Shown here: positions 8,596 to 20,086 of the stretch, one piece after another
Layout of the letters: the number at the start of each line of letters is the position of its first letter
How positions within the stretch are numbered: position 1 is the first letter of the stretch
NCBI GenBank assembly: GCA_963805975.1
Contig: CAWDVR010000002.1
Span: 1,125,955-1,189,954 of the forward strand
Reading direction: 5' to 3'
DNA: 64,000 bases
DNA from: an uncultured Acidobacteriota bacterium
Lineage (GTDB): Bacteria > Acidobacteriota > Thermoanaerobaculia > Multivoradales > SZUA-115
Notes under the pieces: generated by a model
Database searches by the model: none
What the model saw: the letters and a program-made list of their open reading frames with translations, nothing else
Told to the model about the DNA's origin: nothing
Program-made: the position numbers and the translations under genes

Positions 8596-9222
8596 CTACA
8601 GGTCGGCGGCCTTGATGCTGGCCACCAACTGCTGCACCACCGGCTTCATCACCTTGTCGAACTGGCGCTCGTCGCCCTGCACACCGCCGCCGAAGCCGCC
8701 CACCGAGAGCTTGAAGGCCGTGTCCTCGCCGCGCGCCTCGTCCGCCCACAGGATCTCGCCGGTGGTGGTGTCGATGATGCGCGCGTTGGCCGCGGCGACG
8801 AAGGTCTTCTTGCCGCCCGAGAAGCCCGGCAGCCCGCGCACGCCCGGCCCGTGAGCGCCGGTCTCGGTGGCGCCGTACTCGGTGACCGCGCCGGTCAGGA
8901 AGTACTGCACGCCGATGAGCTTGCCGGCCTTGATGGCGGTCTTGGGATCGACGTCGCCGGACAGCGAGAGGTTCTTCTCGGCCAGCAGGGCATCGAGCTG
9001 CTCGCGGTCCATGACCCGGAACTTGCCGCTCTTGACCAGCTCGGTGACGAACACGTCCTGCATCGCAGCGGAGCCGCCGTGCCACCAGTACTGGCCATCC
9101 GCCTTGTTCTTGAACTCCAGAACGGCGATGCGGGGCTTGCCGTCGCTGGCCGCCGTGGCCAGGGGGACGACCGCCAGCGCGACCAGCGCGGCAACGATCA
9201 GCAGGGAAAGCACCTTCTTCAT
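8596..9222 (-). CDS. CsgG/LpoB-fold family periplasmic protein (short form)
   Basis: 208 aa from the ATG at 9220-9222, with an AGGAGG-like RBS. Signal peptide MKKVLSLLIVAALVALAVVPLATAAS. IAVLEFKNKADGQ...VFVTELVKSGKFRVMDREQLDALLAE...GVQYFLTGAVTEYG aligns with the CsgG N-terminal region. The upstream part of track ORF 8596..10662 is rejected. Confidence 0.55.
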   Translation of the reverse strand: MKKVLSLLIVAALVALAVVPLATAASDGKPRIAVLEFKNKADGQYWWHGGSAAMQDVFVTELVKSGKFRVMDREQLDALLAEKNLSLSGDVDPKTAIKAGKLIGVQYFLTGAVTEYGATETGAHGPGVRGLPGFSGGKKTFVAAANARIIDTTTGEILWADEARGEDTAFKLSVGGFGGGVQGDERQFDKVMKPVVQQLVASIKAADL

Positions 9223-9444
9223 GGCTTGAAACCTCCTGTTGGCACCCATCATGGGGTGTTCGTACTGTGCTCGGAAAGCGCGCGCTCGGCGCCGTCCCGG
9301 CTCTTCGTCGAATCGCTCATGGAACGCGCTACAGCTTACTCCAACTCCTGGCCGGCCGCGAGACAGCCGGCTCAACGCGACCGGCATTTGCGATAGCCTC
9401 TCGCGGTCCGCCGCCCGACTCCGACCGCGAACCCGAGCGCCCTC

Positions 9445-10233
9445 ATGCCAGCCGCCCGCACCTACAGCAACTACCTCAAGCTCGACGAGCTCCTCGTCCT
9501 CCAGCAGCCCCTGTCCGACGGGCCGGAGCACGACGAGATGCTCTTCATCGTCATCCACCAGGTCTACGAGCTGTGGTTCAAGCAGGTTCTCTGGGAGCTC
9601 GACTGGCTGCGCCAGGCCCTGCTCGAGAATCGCGCCCCCCGTGCTCTCGCCACCTTCAAGCGCATCCTCACCATCATGAAGACGCTGGTGGCGCAGATCG
9701 ACGTCCTCGAAACCATGACCCCGGTCTCCTTCGGGTCCTTCCGTGCCCGGCTCGACGCCGCGAGCGGCTTCCAATCCCGGCAGTTCCGCGAGATCGAGTG
9801 GGTGCTCGGCACACGCCGGTCGGCCCGTCTCGCGAGCTTTCCGGAGGGTGAAGAAGACCGCCGCCGTCTCGAGGCCCGCCTCGCCGAGCCCTCGCTCTAC
9901 GACACTTTCCTCCGCTTCCTGGCCGCCAACGGCGAGCCCGTACCGGCCGAGGCCTTCGGGCGCGAGCCCGCCGCGCCGCCTTTCGAGGACGAGCGCGTGC
10001 GCCGGATCCTGATCGGCATCTACCGCGAGAACCCCGCCCTGCGCGAGGTCTGCGAGCGCATGGTGGACCTCGACGAGGGCCTCCAGGAGTGGCGCTACCG
10101 GCATATCAAGATGGTGCAGCGCACGATCGGTACCAAGCGGGGCACCGGCGGCTCGCCCGGGGCCGAGTATCTGAAGACCACGCTCTTCGACCCTCTCTTC
10201 CCGGACCTCTGGACCATGCGGGCCGACCTCTGA
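9445..10233 (+). CDS. kynA: tryptophan 2,3-dioxygenase
   Basis: 262 aa. HDEMLFIVIHQVYELWFKQVLWELD is the TDO signature helix. Gene context is with kynureninase. Confidence 0.9.
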   Translation: MPAARTYSNYLKLDELLVLQQPLSDGPEHDEMLFIVIHQVYELWFKQVLWELDWLRQALLENRAPRALATFKRILTIMKTLVAQIDVLETMTPVSFGSFRARLDAASGFQSRQFREIEWVLGTRRSARLASFPEGEEDRRRLEARLAEPSLYDTFLRFLAANGEPVPAEAFGREPAAPPFEDERVRRILIGIYRENPALREVCERMVDLDEGLQEWRYRHIKMVQRTIGTKRGTGGSPGAEYLKTTLFDPLFPDLWTMRADL

Positions 10234-10311
10234 GCGGCTCCGGCAAACCCATCTCTCCCAGCAACCTATCCGCTCTTTCCCGCTTCGCGGGGCCAGGGCT
10301 CTGAGATCATC

Positions 10312-11508
10312 GTGCATCCTCGGGACCTCGCATCTACGCCCAACCCGCTCGCCCCGCACTACTCGCGCTTCCGGGTCGGGGAACGGCTGCTCCTCACCGG
10401 GCACTCCCACCAGGCTTGGCCGGACCTGGCCCTCGAGGGCCAGGTGGAGGCCTTCCACGATGCCGCGGAGCGGGTGGACGAGAAGTGGGAGCGCGCCTTC
10501 GCCAAGGCGGCGCGGTTGAAGCGGGGCATCGCCCGCTTTCTGGACGACGACGCAGGCACCTATGCGCTGGGCGCGAGCACGCACGATCTCGTGGTGCGGT
10601 TCCTCTCGGCCCTGCCGCTCGCCCGCCGGCCGCGGTTGGTGACCACGGACGGCGAGTTTCACACCTTGCGGCGCCAGCTCGCGCGGCTGGCCGAGGAAGG
10701 TGTCGAGGTGGTCCGCGTGGCCGCCGAGCCGGCCGAGAGCGTCGCTTCACGGCTGATCGCGGCGCTGGACGAGCGGACCGCGGCGGTGCTCGCCTCGTCG
10801 GTCTTCTTCGGCAGCGGGCGGATCGCCCTGGGCCTGGGCGAGGTGCTGGCAGCCTGCCGGCGCGCCGGGGCCGAGCTGCTGGTCGACGCCTACCACTCGC
10901 TGGGGGTCGTACCGCTGTCGGTCCCCGGCGAGGAGCTGGACGGCGCCTTCCTCCTAGGCGGCGGCTACAAGTACCTGCAGATGGGTGAGGGCAACTGCTT
11001 CCTGCGGGTGCCGCCGGGCCGGGACCTGCGCCCGGTGGTGACCGGCTGGTTCGCCGAGTTCGAGGCCCTGGCCCAGGGCCATGACCCGAACGAGGTGGCC
11101 TACGGCGCCGGCGCCGCCGCCTTCGCCGGCGCCACCTACGATCCCACCAGCCACTACCGGGCCGCCGCGGTGCTCGACTTCTGGGACGAGCACGGTCTCA
11201 AGCCCGGCCTGCTCCGCGCCGTGAGCCAGCGCCAGGTGGGTCTCCTCGCCGAGCGCTTCGACGCCCTCGACCTGCCGCCCGCGCTCGTCACCCGCGACCG
11301 CGTGCCCATCTCGTACCTCGGCGGCTTCCTCGCCCTCACCTCGCCGCGCGCCGGCGAGCTCTCGGCCGCGCTCTCGGACCGCGGCGTGATGACCGACTTC
11401 CGCGCCAACGTCCTCCGCCTCGGCCCCGCGCCCTACCTCTCCGACGCGCAGCTCGAGGACGCGATGGCGCGCCTCGGCGAGGCCGCGCGAAGCCTCGCCG
11501 ACCGCTAG
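10312..11508 (+). CDS. kynU: kynureninase (PLP-dependent)
   Basis: 398 aa with a GTG start. The PLP-lysine motif is present (LLGGGYKYLQMGEGNCF), along with the DAYHSLG motif. Immediately downstream of kynA. Confidence 0.85.
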   Translation: MHPRDLASTPNPLAPHYSRFRVGERLLLTGHSHQAWPDLALEGQVEAFHDAAERVDEKWERAFAKAARLKRGIARFLDDDAGTYALGASTHDLVVRFLSALPLARRPRLVTTDGEFHTLRRQLARLAEEGVEVVRVAAEPAESVASRLIAALDERTAAVLASSVFFGSGRIALGLGEVLAACRRAGAELLVDAYHSLGVVPLSVPGEELDGAFLLGGGYKYLQMGEGNCFLRVPPGRDLRPVVTGWFAEFEALAQGHDPNEVAYGAGAAAFAGATYDPTSHYRAAAVLDFWDEHGLKPGLLRAVSQRQVGLLAERFDALDLPPALVTRDRVPISYLGGFLALTSPRAGELSAALSDRGVMTDFRANVLRLGPAPYLSDAQLEDAMARLGEAARSLADR

Positions 11509-11519
11509 AATCCCTCGTC

Positions 11520-13109
<1,590 letters not shown>

Positions 13110-13115
13110 GCACCC

Positions 13116-14645
13116 TCAGGGATCGATCTTTTCTCGCCACGCGGCCGGCAGCCTGCTGATGGGCAGGATGTAGCCGAGCTGGGAGTAGACCTCGGCGTCC
13201 TCCACCGTGGCGGACGGTACGCCGATCAGGCGATAAGCGCCGTCGAGCGCCGCGCCGCCCGAGTTGCCGGAGCCGATCTCGGCATCGGTCTTCAGCACCA
13301 CGCCGGCCTCGGTGGTGTCGAAGCCGCTGATCACGCCTCGGGTCAGGGTCACCGACACGCGGCTGCCGAGCCCCCCGGCGCCGGGGAACCCCAGCACGGT
13401 CACCGGATCACCGATCGCCACCGCCTCGGAGCTGCCGCGTTCGAGGAACGGGAACCGGTAGCCGGCCGGCAGCTCCTGGCCGTAGAGACCGCTCTCGATC
13501 TTCACCAGCGCGAGGTCCAGCGCGCGGTCGGCCAGCACCACGCTGCCACGGAACAGCTCCGCCGGCGGCATCCTGGCGTCGAGGCACAGGCTCACCACCA
13601 GCTCTCCACTACCCGCCGGGTTGCCGGTGTCGTCCACCACCACGTGGAAATTGGTCAGCACCCAGCCGTCCGGAGAGACCAGCGTACCGCTGCCGCTGCC
13701 GCTCTGGGTCAGGATCTCGACCGTCGACAGGAGCGCGCGATCGATGCCCGCGGCCGGCTGGCGCAGCGTGGGGATCGAGAGCAGCTCTGCCGCCGGCTGT
13801 GCCGCGAAGCTGGCGTGGGCGGTGAAGCGGGCGAGGTCGAGCTGGAAGGGGTCGAAGACGCTCACGTACCAGGTGCCGGGGGCGAGCGGCGGGTCGCTCG
13901 CCTCGTCGATCAGCAGCGTCTCCCGGCCGAGCAGGCTGTCCGCCACATGGTCGGCATCCTCCGGGTTCAGCACCGCCTGGCCGCGCCGGGCCACCATGTC
14001 GAGGTCGCTCGTCACCTGGTCGAGATCGATGCGCAGCGCCGCGGCGCCCCGCGGCACGTCCACCGTGAAGGTGCGGAACCAGCCGCTGTCGGCGGAAGTC
14101 TCCATCGCCCGCGGCTCGCCGGGCACCAGGCGGCCGTCCACGCGGGAGCGGATCACGGAGGCGGTGATGGTGAATGGGATCTCGTTCACCCGTCGCTTGC
14201 GGATCCGCGGCTCCGCCTCCACCGTGTAGGCGACGTCCACGTAGTAGGTGCCGGGCACGAGCGGCGGCTCGCCGGAGCGCAGGATGGTGAGCGTGTCGTT
14301 GTAGAGCCGGGTCGAGGCCTCGTACTCGGCGTCCTCGTCGTAGTTGGCGAGCGGGCGGTCCCGGCGCGCGAAGAGGTCGAGGTCGACCGGCGCGTCCTCG
14401 ATCTCGAGGGTCAGCATCATGGCGTCGCCGGGCACCTCGACGATGAAGCTCTGCCAGAGCTGATCTTCCCAGTCGATGACCGCCGCCTTCGGCCGCCCCA
14501 GCTCCAACCGCGTGGCGCTTTCTTCGGCGTCCTCGGCCACGGGCTCCTGAGCCAAGAGCGGCGTGCCAAGGCCCGCGAGCGCCGTGAGGATCCCCAGCCA
14601 GGCCAACAGCGGACCGCCCGCGCAACGCCAAGGGCTCGATTTCAC
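13116..14645 (-). CDS. secreted trypsin-like (S1) serine protease with two N-terminal PPC-type domains
   Basis: Start set at the GTG at 14643-14645 ([32 protein letters not shown] signal peptide), because the longer track ORF (to 14930) reads through the tRNA gene. The catalytic triad context is present (LTNFHVV ... GNSGGA). Confidence 0.7.
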   Translation of the reverse strand: MKSSPWRCAGGPLLAWLGILTALAGLGTPLLAQEPVAEDAEESATRLELGRPKAAVIDWEDQLWQSFIVEVPGDAMMLTLEIEDAPVDLDLFARRDRPLANYDEDAEYEASTRLYNDTLTILRSGEPPLVPGTYYVDVAYTVEAEPRIRKRRVNEIPFTITASVIRSRVDGRLVPGEPRAMETSADSGWFRTFTVDVPRGAAALRIDLDQVTSDLDMVARRGQAVLNPEDADHVADSLLGRETLLIDEASDPPLAPGTWYVSVFDPFQLDLARFTAHASFAAQPAAELLSIPTLRQPAAGIDRALLSTVEILTQSGSGSGTLVSPDGWVLTNFHVVVDDTGNPAGSGELVVSLCLDARMPPAELFRGSVVLADRALDLALVKIESGLYGQELPAGYRFPFLERGSSEAVAIGDPVTVLGFPGAGGLGSRVSVTLTRGVISGFDTTEAGVVLKTDAEIGSGNSGGAALDGAYRLIGVPSATVEDAEVYSQLGYILPISRLPAAWREKIDP

Positions 14646-14664
14646 GCGACGAGTCTCCTGCCAA

Positions 14665-14694
14665 CAAAAAAGCGAGCCGCAAATGCGACTCGCT
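14665..14694 (-). terminator. intrinsic terminator following tRNA-fMet (minus strand)
   Basis: On the minus strand the stem is AGCGAG-C-CGC(AAAT)GCG-A-CTCGCT (plus-strand coordinates 14671-14694). It is followed by a T6 run (plus-strand A6 at 14665-14670), and sits 14 nt downstream of the tRNA 3' end. Confidence 0.5.
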
Positions 14695-14703
14695 TTGACT
14701 TGA

Positions 14704-14784
<81 letters not shown>

Positions 14785-14910
14785 TCACAAGGAGCGTCGC
14801 CGCTCCTCGAAGAACGGGAAGTATCCCAAAACTTGCCGGCGCTGTCAAAGTCCGGGCAGGGCCTGCGCGCCGCGGGCTCCGTCGAGGTGGCTGTACAATT
14901 CGCCGACAGG

Positions 14911-15543
14911 ATGCCTCCCCTGCCGCCCAACCAGAAGCGCGAGGAAGAAGCACAAAAGATCCTGGCGGCGCTGCGGGAGGGCTCGCTCAGCTTGGACCTC
15001 GCTTTCGATCGCCTCTTTCGCTCGCACTACGCCGCCGTCCGTTGGCTCTTCCGCCAGTGGCTTACCAGCCCGGAGGATCGTGAGGAGCTAACCCAGGAGA
15101 CTTTTCTCCGCATCTATCTGAGCATCGAGGCGTTTCGCGGAGATTGCAGCTTCAGCACGTACCTCTTCAAGCTCGCCAAGAACGTGTTCCTCGGGCACCG
15201 GCGGAGCAAGCTCGCCGAGAAACGCAGCGGCATCGAGGTTTCTCTCACGGGGAGCCCGGAGACCGGGGAGGAGCCGAGCACGGAGCCGCTCCCTCCCGTG
15301 CCGCCGGAGCAAGAGGATGCTGTGCTCCGAACGGAGCAGGAGAAAAAGTTGCTCGAGGTAGTGGGACAGATGCCGGATCAAAGACGCAAGTGCCTGATTT
15401 TGAAGTACTACCAGGATCGCAGCGTGCAGGAGATCGCGGCGCTGCTCCACCTCGCCGAGGGCACGGTGAAGGCGCACTTGCACCAGGGGCGAGAGCAGCT
15501 CCGAACACTTCTGGGGGCGGACGCGCTGACGGAACGGACCTAG
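14911..15543 (+). CDS. ECF (group 4) RNA polymerase sigma factor
   Basis: 210 aa from the ATG at 14911; the track start at TTG 14833 is less likely. Region 2 reads DREELTQETFLRIYLSIEAFRG. Region 4 reads RSVQEIAALLHLAEGTVKAHLHQGREQLR. Confidence 0.85.
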   Translation: MPPLPPNQKREEEAQKILAALREGSLSLDLAFDRLFRSHYAAVRWLFRQWLTSPEDREELTQETFLRIYLSIEAFRGDCSFSTYLFKLAKNVFLGHRRSKLAEKRSGIEVSLTGSPETGEEPSTEPLPPVPPEQEDAVLRTEQEKKLLEVVGQMPDQRRKCLILKYYQDRSVQEIAALLHLAEGTVKAHLHQGREQLRTLLGADALTERT

Positions 15544-15581
15544 ACCTTCGGGGGCGGGGGTTTCAGGAAAGCAGGTGGAAG

Positions 15582-16367
15582 ATGGCTCAGACACTGAAGA
15601 TCAAGACCCTGCTCGAGGGCCTGGCTCGCGAGCAGGGCGAGCCGGCGGCCGGCCATCCCAGCGACGAGGAGCTCGTCGAGTACGAGGCCGGCGAGCTGGA
15701 CCCGGAGGACTACCGGCGCGTTCAGGACCACTTGGTGGCCTGCGAGCCGTGCGCCCGTCTGGTGCTCGAGATCTCGCTCCTCGAGCCCAAAGCGCTCGAC
15801 GGCGAAGACCCGGTTTCCGAGCACGAGCTGGCGCAGTCGCTGCGCAGGATGCGAACCCGGCTCCCGGCGCAGCCGCCGCTCCGGGTGGTGGCGCAGCCGG
15901 TCAGGCCGGGCGGGACCCCCAACTGGTACAGAGCCGTGGCGGCAGGCCTTTCGGTGGCCGTGCTCGGGCTCGCGGGCTGGGTGGGGCTGCTGCTCTCCCA
16001 CCGCGGCGGCCCGGAGATCAACGCCTACGTCTGGAACCTGAACGACACCGGCACGCGGGGAGGCTTCGAAGAGGCCGATCTCGTGGAGGTGCCGGCCGGC
16101 AGCAACGCCGTGACGCTGTTGCTCTACGCCTCGAAGCTCGGCGAGCAGGGCACGCCGGAGTACGACGGCTTTCGCGTCGAGATCGCCGGCGCCGGCCGTA
16201 CCTGGAGCCGCGACGGCCTGCTGGTGGTGGGTTCGGGCTCGTTCTCCCTCACTCTGCCGAAGGACGATTTCCCAGCCGGCGCCTACAACGTGAGGATCCT
16301 GGGTACGCGCCAGGGCCAGCAGGAGGCGGCCCTGGCGACCTACACGATCGATCTGCGCTACGCCTGA
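15582..16367 (+). CDS. membrane-anchored anti-sigma factor with a ZAS-type zinc-binding motif
   Basis: 261 aa with an AGGTGG RBS. HLVACEPC (HxxxCxxC) sits about 45 aa from the N-terminus. A single TM helix (VAAGLSVAVLGLAGWVGLLL) precedes a ~110-aa beta-rich extracytoplasmic domain. It lies 38 bp after the sigma-factor gene. Confidence 0.7.
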   Translation: MAQTLKIKTLLEGLAREQGEPAAGHPSDEELVEYEAGELDPEDYRRVQDHLVACEPCARLVLEISLLEPKALDGEDPVSEHELAQSLRRMRTRLPAQPPLRVVAQPVRPGGTPNWYRAVAAGLSVAVLGLAGWVGLLLSHRGGPEINAYVWNLNDTGTRGGFEEADLVEVPAGSNAVTLLLYASKLGEQGTPEYDGFRVEIAGAGRTWSRDGLLVVGSGSFSLTLPKDDFPAGAYNVRILGTRQGQQEAALATYTIDLRYA

Positions 16368-16384
16368 GGTAGGCTCCGGCCGAG

Positions 16385-19300
16385 ATGCCTCGGTCCTCCA
16401 GCCGAGCGGCGATCGTCTTCCTGATTACGGCTCTGCTCGCCTTTCTCGCCGGCTACGAGAGAGCTCGACTTCCACCCGCCACTCGCCAAGGCCTGCTGAC
16501 CGCAACGCCGGCACCGGAACCAAGGCCCGCGGCGCGCTCCCTCCCGCTCGTCGCCGGCACCGAGATCCCGGCCATCCTGGCCGGCGGCGAGGCCCACGAG
16601 TACAGCCTTTCACTGCGAGAAGGCCAGTTCGTGGACCTCGAGGTCGAGCAGCAGGGCATCGACGTGATCCTCGAGCTCTACCAGCCCGGCGGCGACCTCG
16701 AGACCCTCGTGGACAGCCCGAACGATGCCTCGGGACCGGAGCCCCTGCTGCTGCTGGGCGAGGCGGCGGGCGAGTACCGTCTTTCGATTGCAGCAGGAAA
16801 CCCGGCAGATCCATCCGGCCGATACATCCTACGTCTCCTCGCCGTGCACGAGGCCGGGGCCGACGACCGCACCCGGGTCACCGCGGAGCGCATGTTCGCC
16901 AAGGGCGAAGGGCTGCGGCGCGCAGGAACCGCCGAATCCCTGACCGAGGCGATCGATTGGGACCGGCAGGCTCTCCTTCGGTACCGCAGCCTGGAGAGTC
17001 GTTCGCGAGAGGCGGATGTTCTCGTTGCGTTGGGAAGGGTCCACTCATTTCGCGATGACTGGCAGCAGGCACTCTCGGCATTCGAGCAGGCCCTTCCCAT
17101 ACTGCGAGAGGCCGGGCGAGGCGTGGACGAGGCGGCAACGCTGAACAACATTGGCCTGGTCCTCAACAAAACAGAGCAATCCCAACGGGCGCTCGACCTT
17201 TTCAGGCAGGCAGAAGCTCTATACCGGCGGTTTGGACACCCCCACCAAGCCCGCGCCCTGAGCAACATCGGCTGGGCTCACGAGAAGCTCGGCGACCTCG
17301 AGGACGCTATTCAGGCTTACCGCGATGCCTATACACAATTTCTCAGGTTGAGCGACTCGCCTGGCGCTGGAATCTGCATGCTCAACATCGGGGATCTTTA
17401 CTCCAGACAGGGTCAGACTGAGAGTGCGATCGATGCTTATGAAGAAGCTCGCGCTCGGCTCGAGAAGTCTCCGGACCGGCGATCACTTGCGCTGACCCAG
17501 ACGAGGCTCGGGTACGCACGCTACCGGTCCGGCCAGGCCGAACAGGGCCGAGAGCTCCTGGAGACCGCCCTGGAGATGCAGCGACGCCTGGGTGCACGAA
17601 GAGACGAAGCGATCTCTCACAACTCTCTGGCTCTCCTCCTGAGTGAGGCAGCCGAGACCGAGCTCGCCAAGCTCCACTATCACGAGGCTGCAGCCATCGG
17701 CACGGCGCTGGGCGACGAAGCAGAGCGCGCTGTGACTCTCGCCAACCTGGGGCATCTCGAGCTCGAGAGCGGCTCCGACGAAGCGGCCGAGGGCACATTC
17801 CGAGAGGCGCTGGCGACTTTTGCCCGGGTCGATTCACCCCTGGGCGAGGCCACCGCTCTCTTTGGGCTGGGGACGCTTCTCGCTCAGCAAGGCAAGCTGA
17901 GCGAGGCCGCATCGGTGCTCGAGCGGTGTACTCGCAGAGTCGAGGACGTGCGCAACGCGACGGCGAGCTCGGATCTGCGAAGGTCATTCCTGGCGCTCCA
18001 GCAGCCAACCTACGGGTTGTACATCGAAACCCTCATGAGGCTCCACGCGGCAGATGTGGACGCCGGGTTTGACCTGATGGCCTTCGAGGTCGCCCAACGT
18101 GTACGAGCGCGTGGCCTGCTCGACGACCTGCTGGCGTCCCCTGCGGCGCTGCGGAGAGACGGCCCCCACCCTCTGGTCGAGGAAGAAGCAGCCCTCAGCC
18201 AAGCAATCAACAGAACAGCAGAGGAACGTCAGCCCCTGCTCGCCATCCCTCGATCTCGACAGAAGGTCGACGACCTCGGCAAAGTACTGAGAGGGCAGCT
18301 CGCGGCTGCTGATCATCTGGAAGCAAGGATGCGGAGAAGCAGCACGGCCTTCCGCGAAACCATCTCGGCACCGGCTCAGACACTCGAAACGATCCAGCAA
18401 CAGCTTCTCGGCGCGGAAACCATCCTCTTGGAGTACGCTCTCGGCAACAACGAGAGCTACCTGTGGGCAGTGACTGACAGCTCGTTGTCGAGCTTCCGGC
18501 TGCCGCCGCGCCGAGAGCTCGAGGCGCAGGCAGCGGCACTGTACCGCGCGCTCTCGCTCGGGCCGCAGCCACTCGCTTCGGGTCAGACCGAGGCCTTGCT
18601 GAAAAAACTTTCAGAGACTCTCCTGGGGCCGGTGGCAGAGCTCGTTGGTGATCGGCGGATTCTGGTAATTCCCGATGGGGACCTTGCACTGCTCCCGTTT
18701 GCCGCCCTCCCCAGACCGAGCACAGCCGCCAAGGCTCATCAGAAAGCGGACTCGGAGCCGATCGCCACCGGGCACGAGGTGACGATACTGCCGTCCGCGT
18801 CGTCCCTCGCCTTCTTGCGGCGCAGATCTCGGGCGCGCTCCTCCGCCCCGGGGCTCCTGGCAGCGATCGGAGATGCGGTTTCCAACCCCGGAGACCTGCG
18901 GTTTCCCAGGCGACCTCCCGTCCCCCCCGGCTCACAGCTCATCCAGTTCCCGCGGTTGCCTTATGCACGAGCAGAGATGGAGCGAATTCTATCTCTCGCG
19001 GGTGAGGAGCCGAAGCTCGCGGCGTCAGGATTCGAAGCCAGCAGAAGCACGCTCATGACCGAGGTCCTGTCCAGATATCGAATCGTTCACTTCGCCACTC
19101 ACGGTGTCTTTGACCCCGAGTTCCCCGAGCTGTCGGCGATCGTACTGTCGACCTTCGATGCCAGCGGATCTCCCCGAGATGGTCTGGTTCGAGCCCATGA
19201 GCTGCGACGGATGAATTTCAACGCAGAGCTAGTCGTGGTCTCCGCCTGCGAGACCGCACGCGGGAAGACGGTGCGCGGAGAAGGAGTTGTGGGTCTGGCT

Positions 19301-19573
19301 CGCAGCCTGCTCTCCGCCGGGGCCCAACAAGCAATGGTCAGCCTCTGGGAGGTCGACGACCAGGCGACGGCAAACTTGATGGAAGAGTTCTACCGCGGCT
19401 TGCTGGTCGAGCGCCGTAGCGCTGCTGCAGCGCTGCTGGAAGCGCAGGCAGCCGTCGCCCGCCAGGAGCGGTGGCACTCTCCGTACTTCTGGGCCGGATT
19501 CCTATTGATTGGCGACGGGAGTGGTCTCGGCGCTAAACCGCACATTCCCCCGTCGCATCTGAGACGGAATTAG
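16385..19573 (+). CDS. TPR-repeat / CHAT-domain (caspase-fold, clan CD) protein with an N-terminal membrane anchor
   Basis: 1062 aa. The N-terminus IVFLITALLAFLAGY is hydrophobic, followed by a PPC-like domain. Multiple TPR-like repeats carry ALxNIG(L/W) cores. The C-terminal CHAT domain has a His/Cys dyad (IVHFATHGVFD ... LVVVSACETARG). Confidence 0.85.
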   Translation: MPRSSSRAAIVFLITALLAFLAGYERARLPPATRQGLLTATPAPEPRPAARSLPLVAGTEIPAILAGGEAHEYSLSLREGQFVDLEVEQQGIDVILELYQPGGDLETLVDSPNDASGPEPLLLLGEAAGEYRLSIAAGNPADPSGRYILRLLAVHEAGADDRTRVTAERMFAKGEGLRRAGTAESLTEAIDWDRQALLRYRSLESRSREADVLVALGRVHSFRDDWQQALSAFEQALPILREAGRGVDEAATLNNIGLVLNKTEQSQRALDLFRQAEALYRRFGHPHQARALSNIGWAHEKLGDLEDAIQAYRDAYTQFLRLSDSPGAGICMLNIGDLYSRQGQTESAIDAYEEARARLEKSPDRRSLALTQTRLGYARYRSGQAEQGRELLETALEMQRRLGARRDEAISHNSLALLLSEAAETELAKLHYHEAAAIGTALGDEAERAVTLANLGHLELESGSDEAAEGTFREALATFARVDSPLGEATALFGLGTLLAQQGKLSEAASVLERCTRRVEDVRNATASSDLRRSFLALQQPTYGLYIETLMRLHAADVDAGFDLMAFEVAQRVRARGLLDDLLASPAALRRDGPHPLVEEEAALSQAINRTAEERQPLLAIPRSRQKVDDLGKVLRGQLAAADHLEARMRRSSTAFRETISAPAQTLETIQQQLLGAETILLEYALGNNESYLWAVTDSSLSSFRLPPRRELEAQAAALYRALSLGPQPLASGQTEALLKKLSETLLGPVAELVGDRRILVIPDGDLALLPFAALPRPSTAAKAHQKADSEPIATGHEVTILPSASSLAFLRRRSRARSSAPGLLAAIGDAVSNPGDLRFPRRPPVPPGSQLIQFPRLPYARAEMERILSLAGEEPKLAASGFEASRSTLMTEVLSRYRIVHFATHGVFDPEFPELSAIVLSTFDASGSPRDGLVRAHELRRMNFNAELVVVSACETARGKTVRGEGVVGLARSLLSAGAQQAMVSLWEVDDQATANLMEEFYRGLLVERRSAAAALLEAQAAVARQERWHSPYFWAGFLLIGDGSGLGAKPHIPPSHLRRN

Positions 19574-19608
19574 CACCATCTATTCCTTCTGCTCGCAAAG
19601 GAGAGGCG

Positions 19609-19860
19609 ATGAGAACCAGTTCGCATCCGAAAGAAACTGATCAGGGGACGGCGGAGAAATCTACCAGCGTGACCAGGGTGGACCCGGGCTTTCCTATCGA
19701 GCAGGGAGCTGGGGGCCAGGGGTCGGGTGGCGGCACTCCGGCCAAGCCACCCAATCAATCGGACGGCGAACCCGGTTCGGTCAGCCCCAAGAAGCGCGTC
19801 CGAAAGATCAGGCGAGGAGCGGTCCCGAAGAAGGCCAGCCCGACCCGAAGATCGGCATAA
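19609..19860 (+). CDS. small low-complexity basic protein (hypothetical)
   Basis: 83 aa. An AAGGAGAG RBS lies 5 nt before the ATG. The sequence is Gly/Ser-rich with a basic tail (KKRVRKIRRGAVPKKASPTRRSA). It sits between two caspase-fold genes and no family is recognised. Confidence 0.35.
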   Translation: MRTSSHPKETDQGTAEKSTSVTRVDPGFPIEQGAGGQGSGGGTPAKPPNQSDGEPGSVSPKKRVRKIRRGAVPKKASPTRRSA

Positions 19861-20086
19861 CGTCGGACACCGCTTCCAAGGCTCGCGGCGCGGTCCGGCG
19901 GTCGTTTACCCGGCGCCCGCGCCGCCATTGCCATATCCTATGCCGCCAAGGCCATGACAGATCCTTGCTCGGTGTTCAACGGCATTCATGCCACGACGGG
20001 CCGCACCTTGTATCCGGCGCATCCGGTGAGGAGCCTGATTCACCTCGCAGAGCGGGAGAGGGGCTCGCCGATGCAGACCGGCCCTC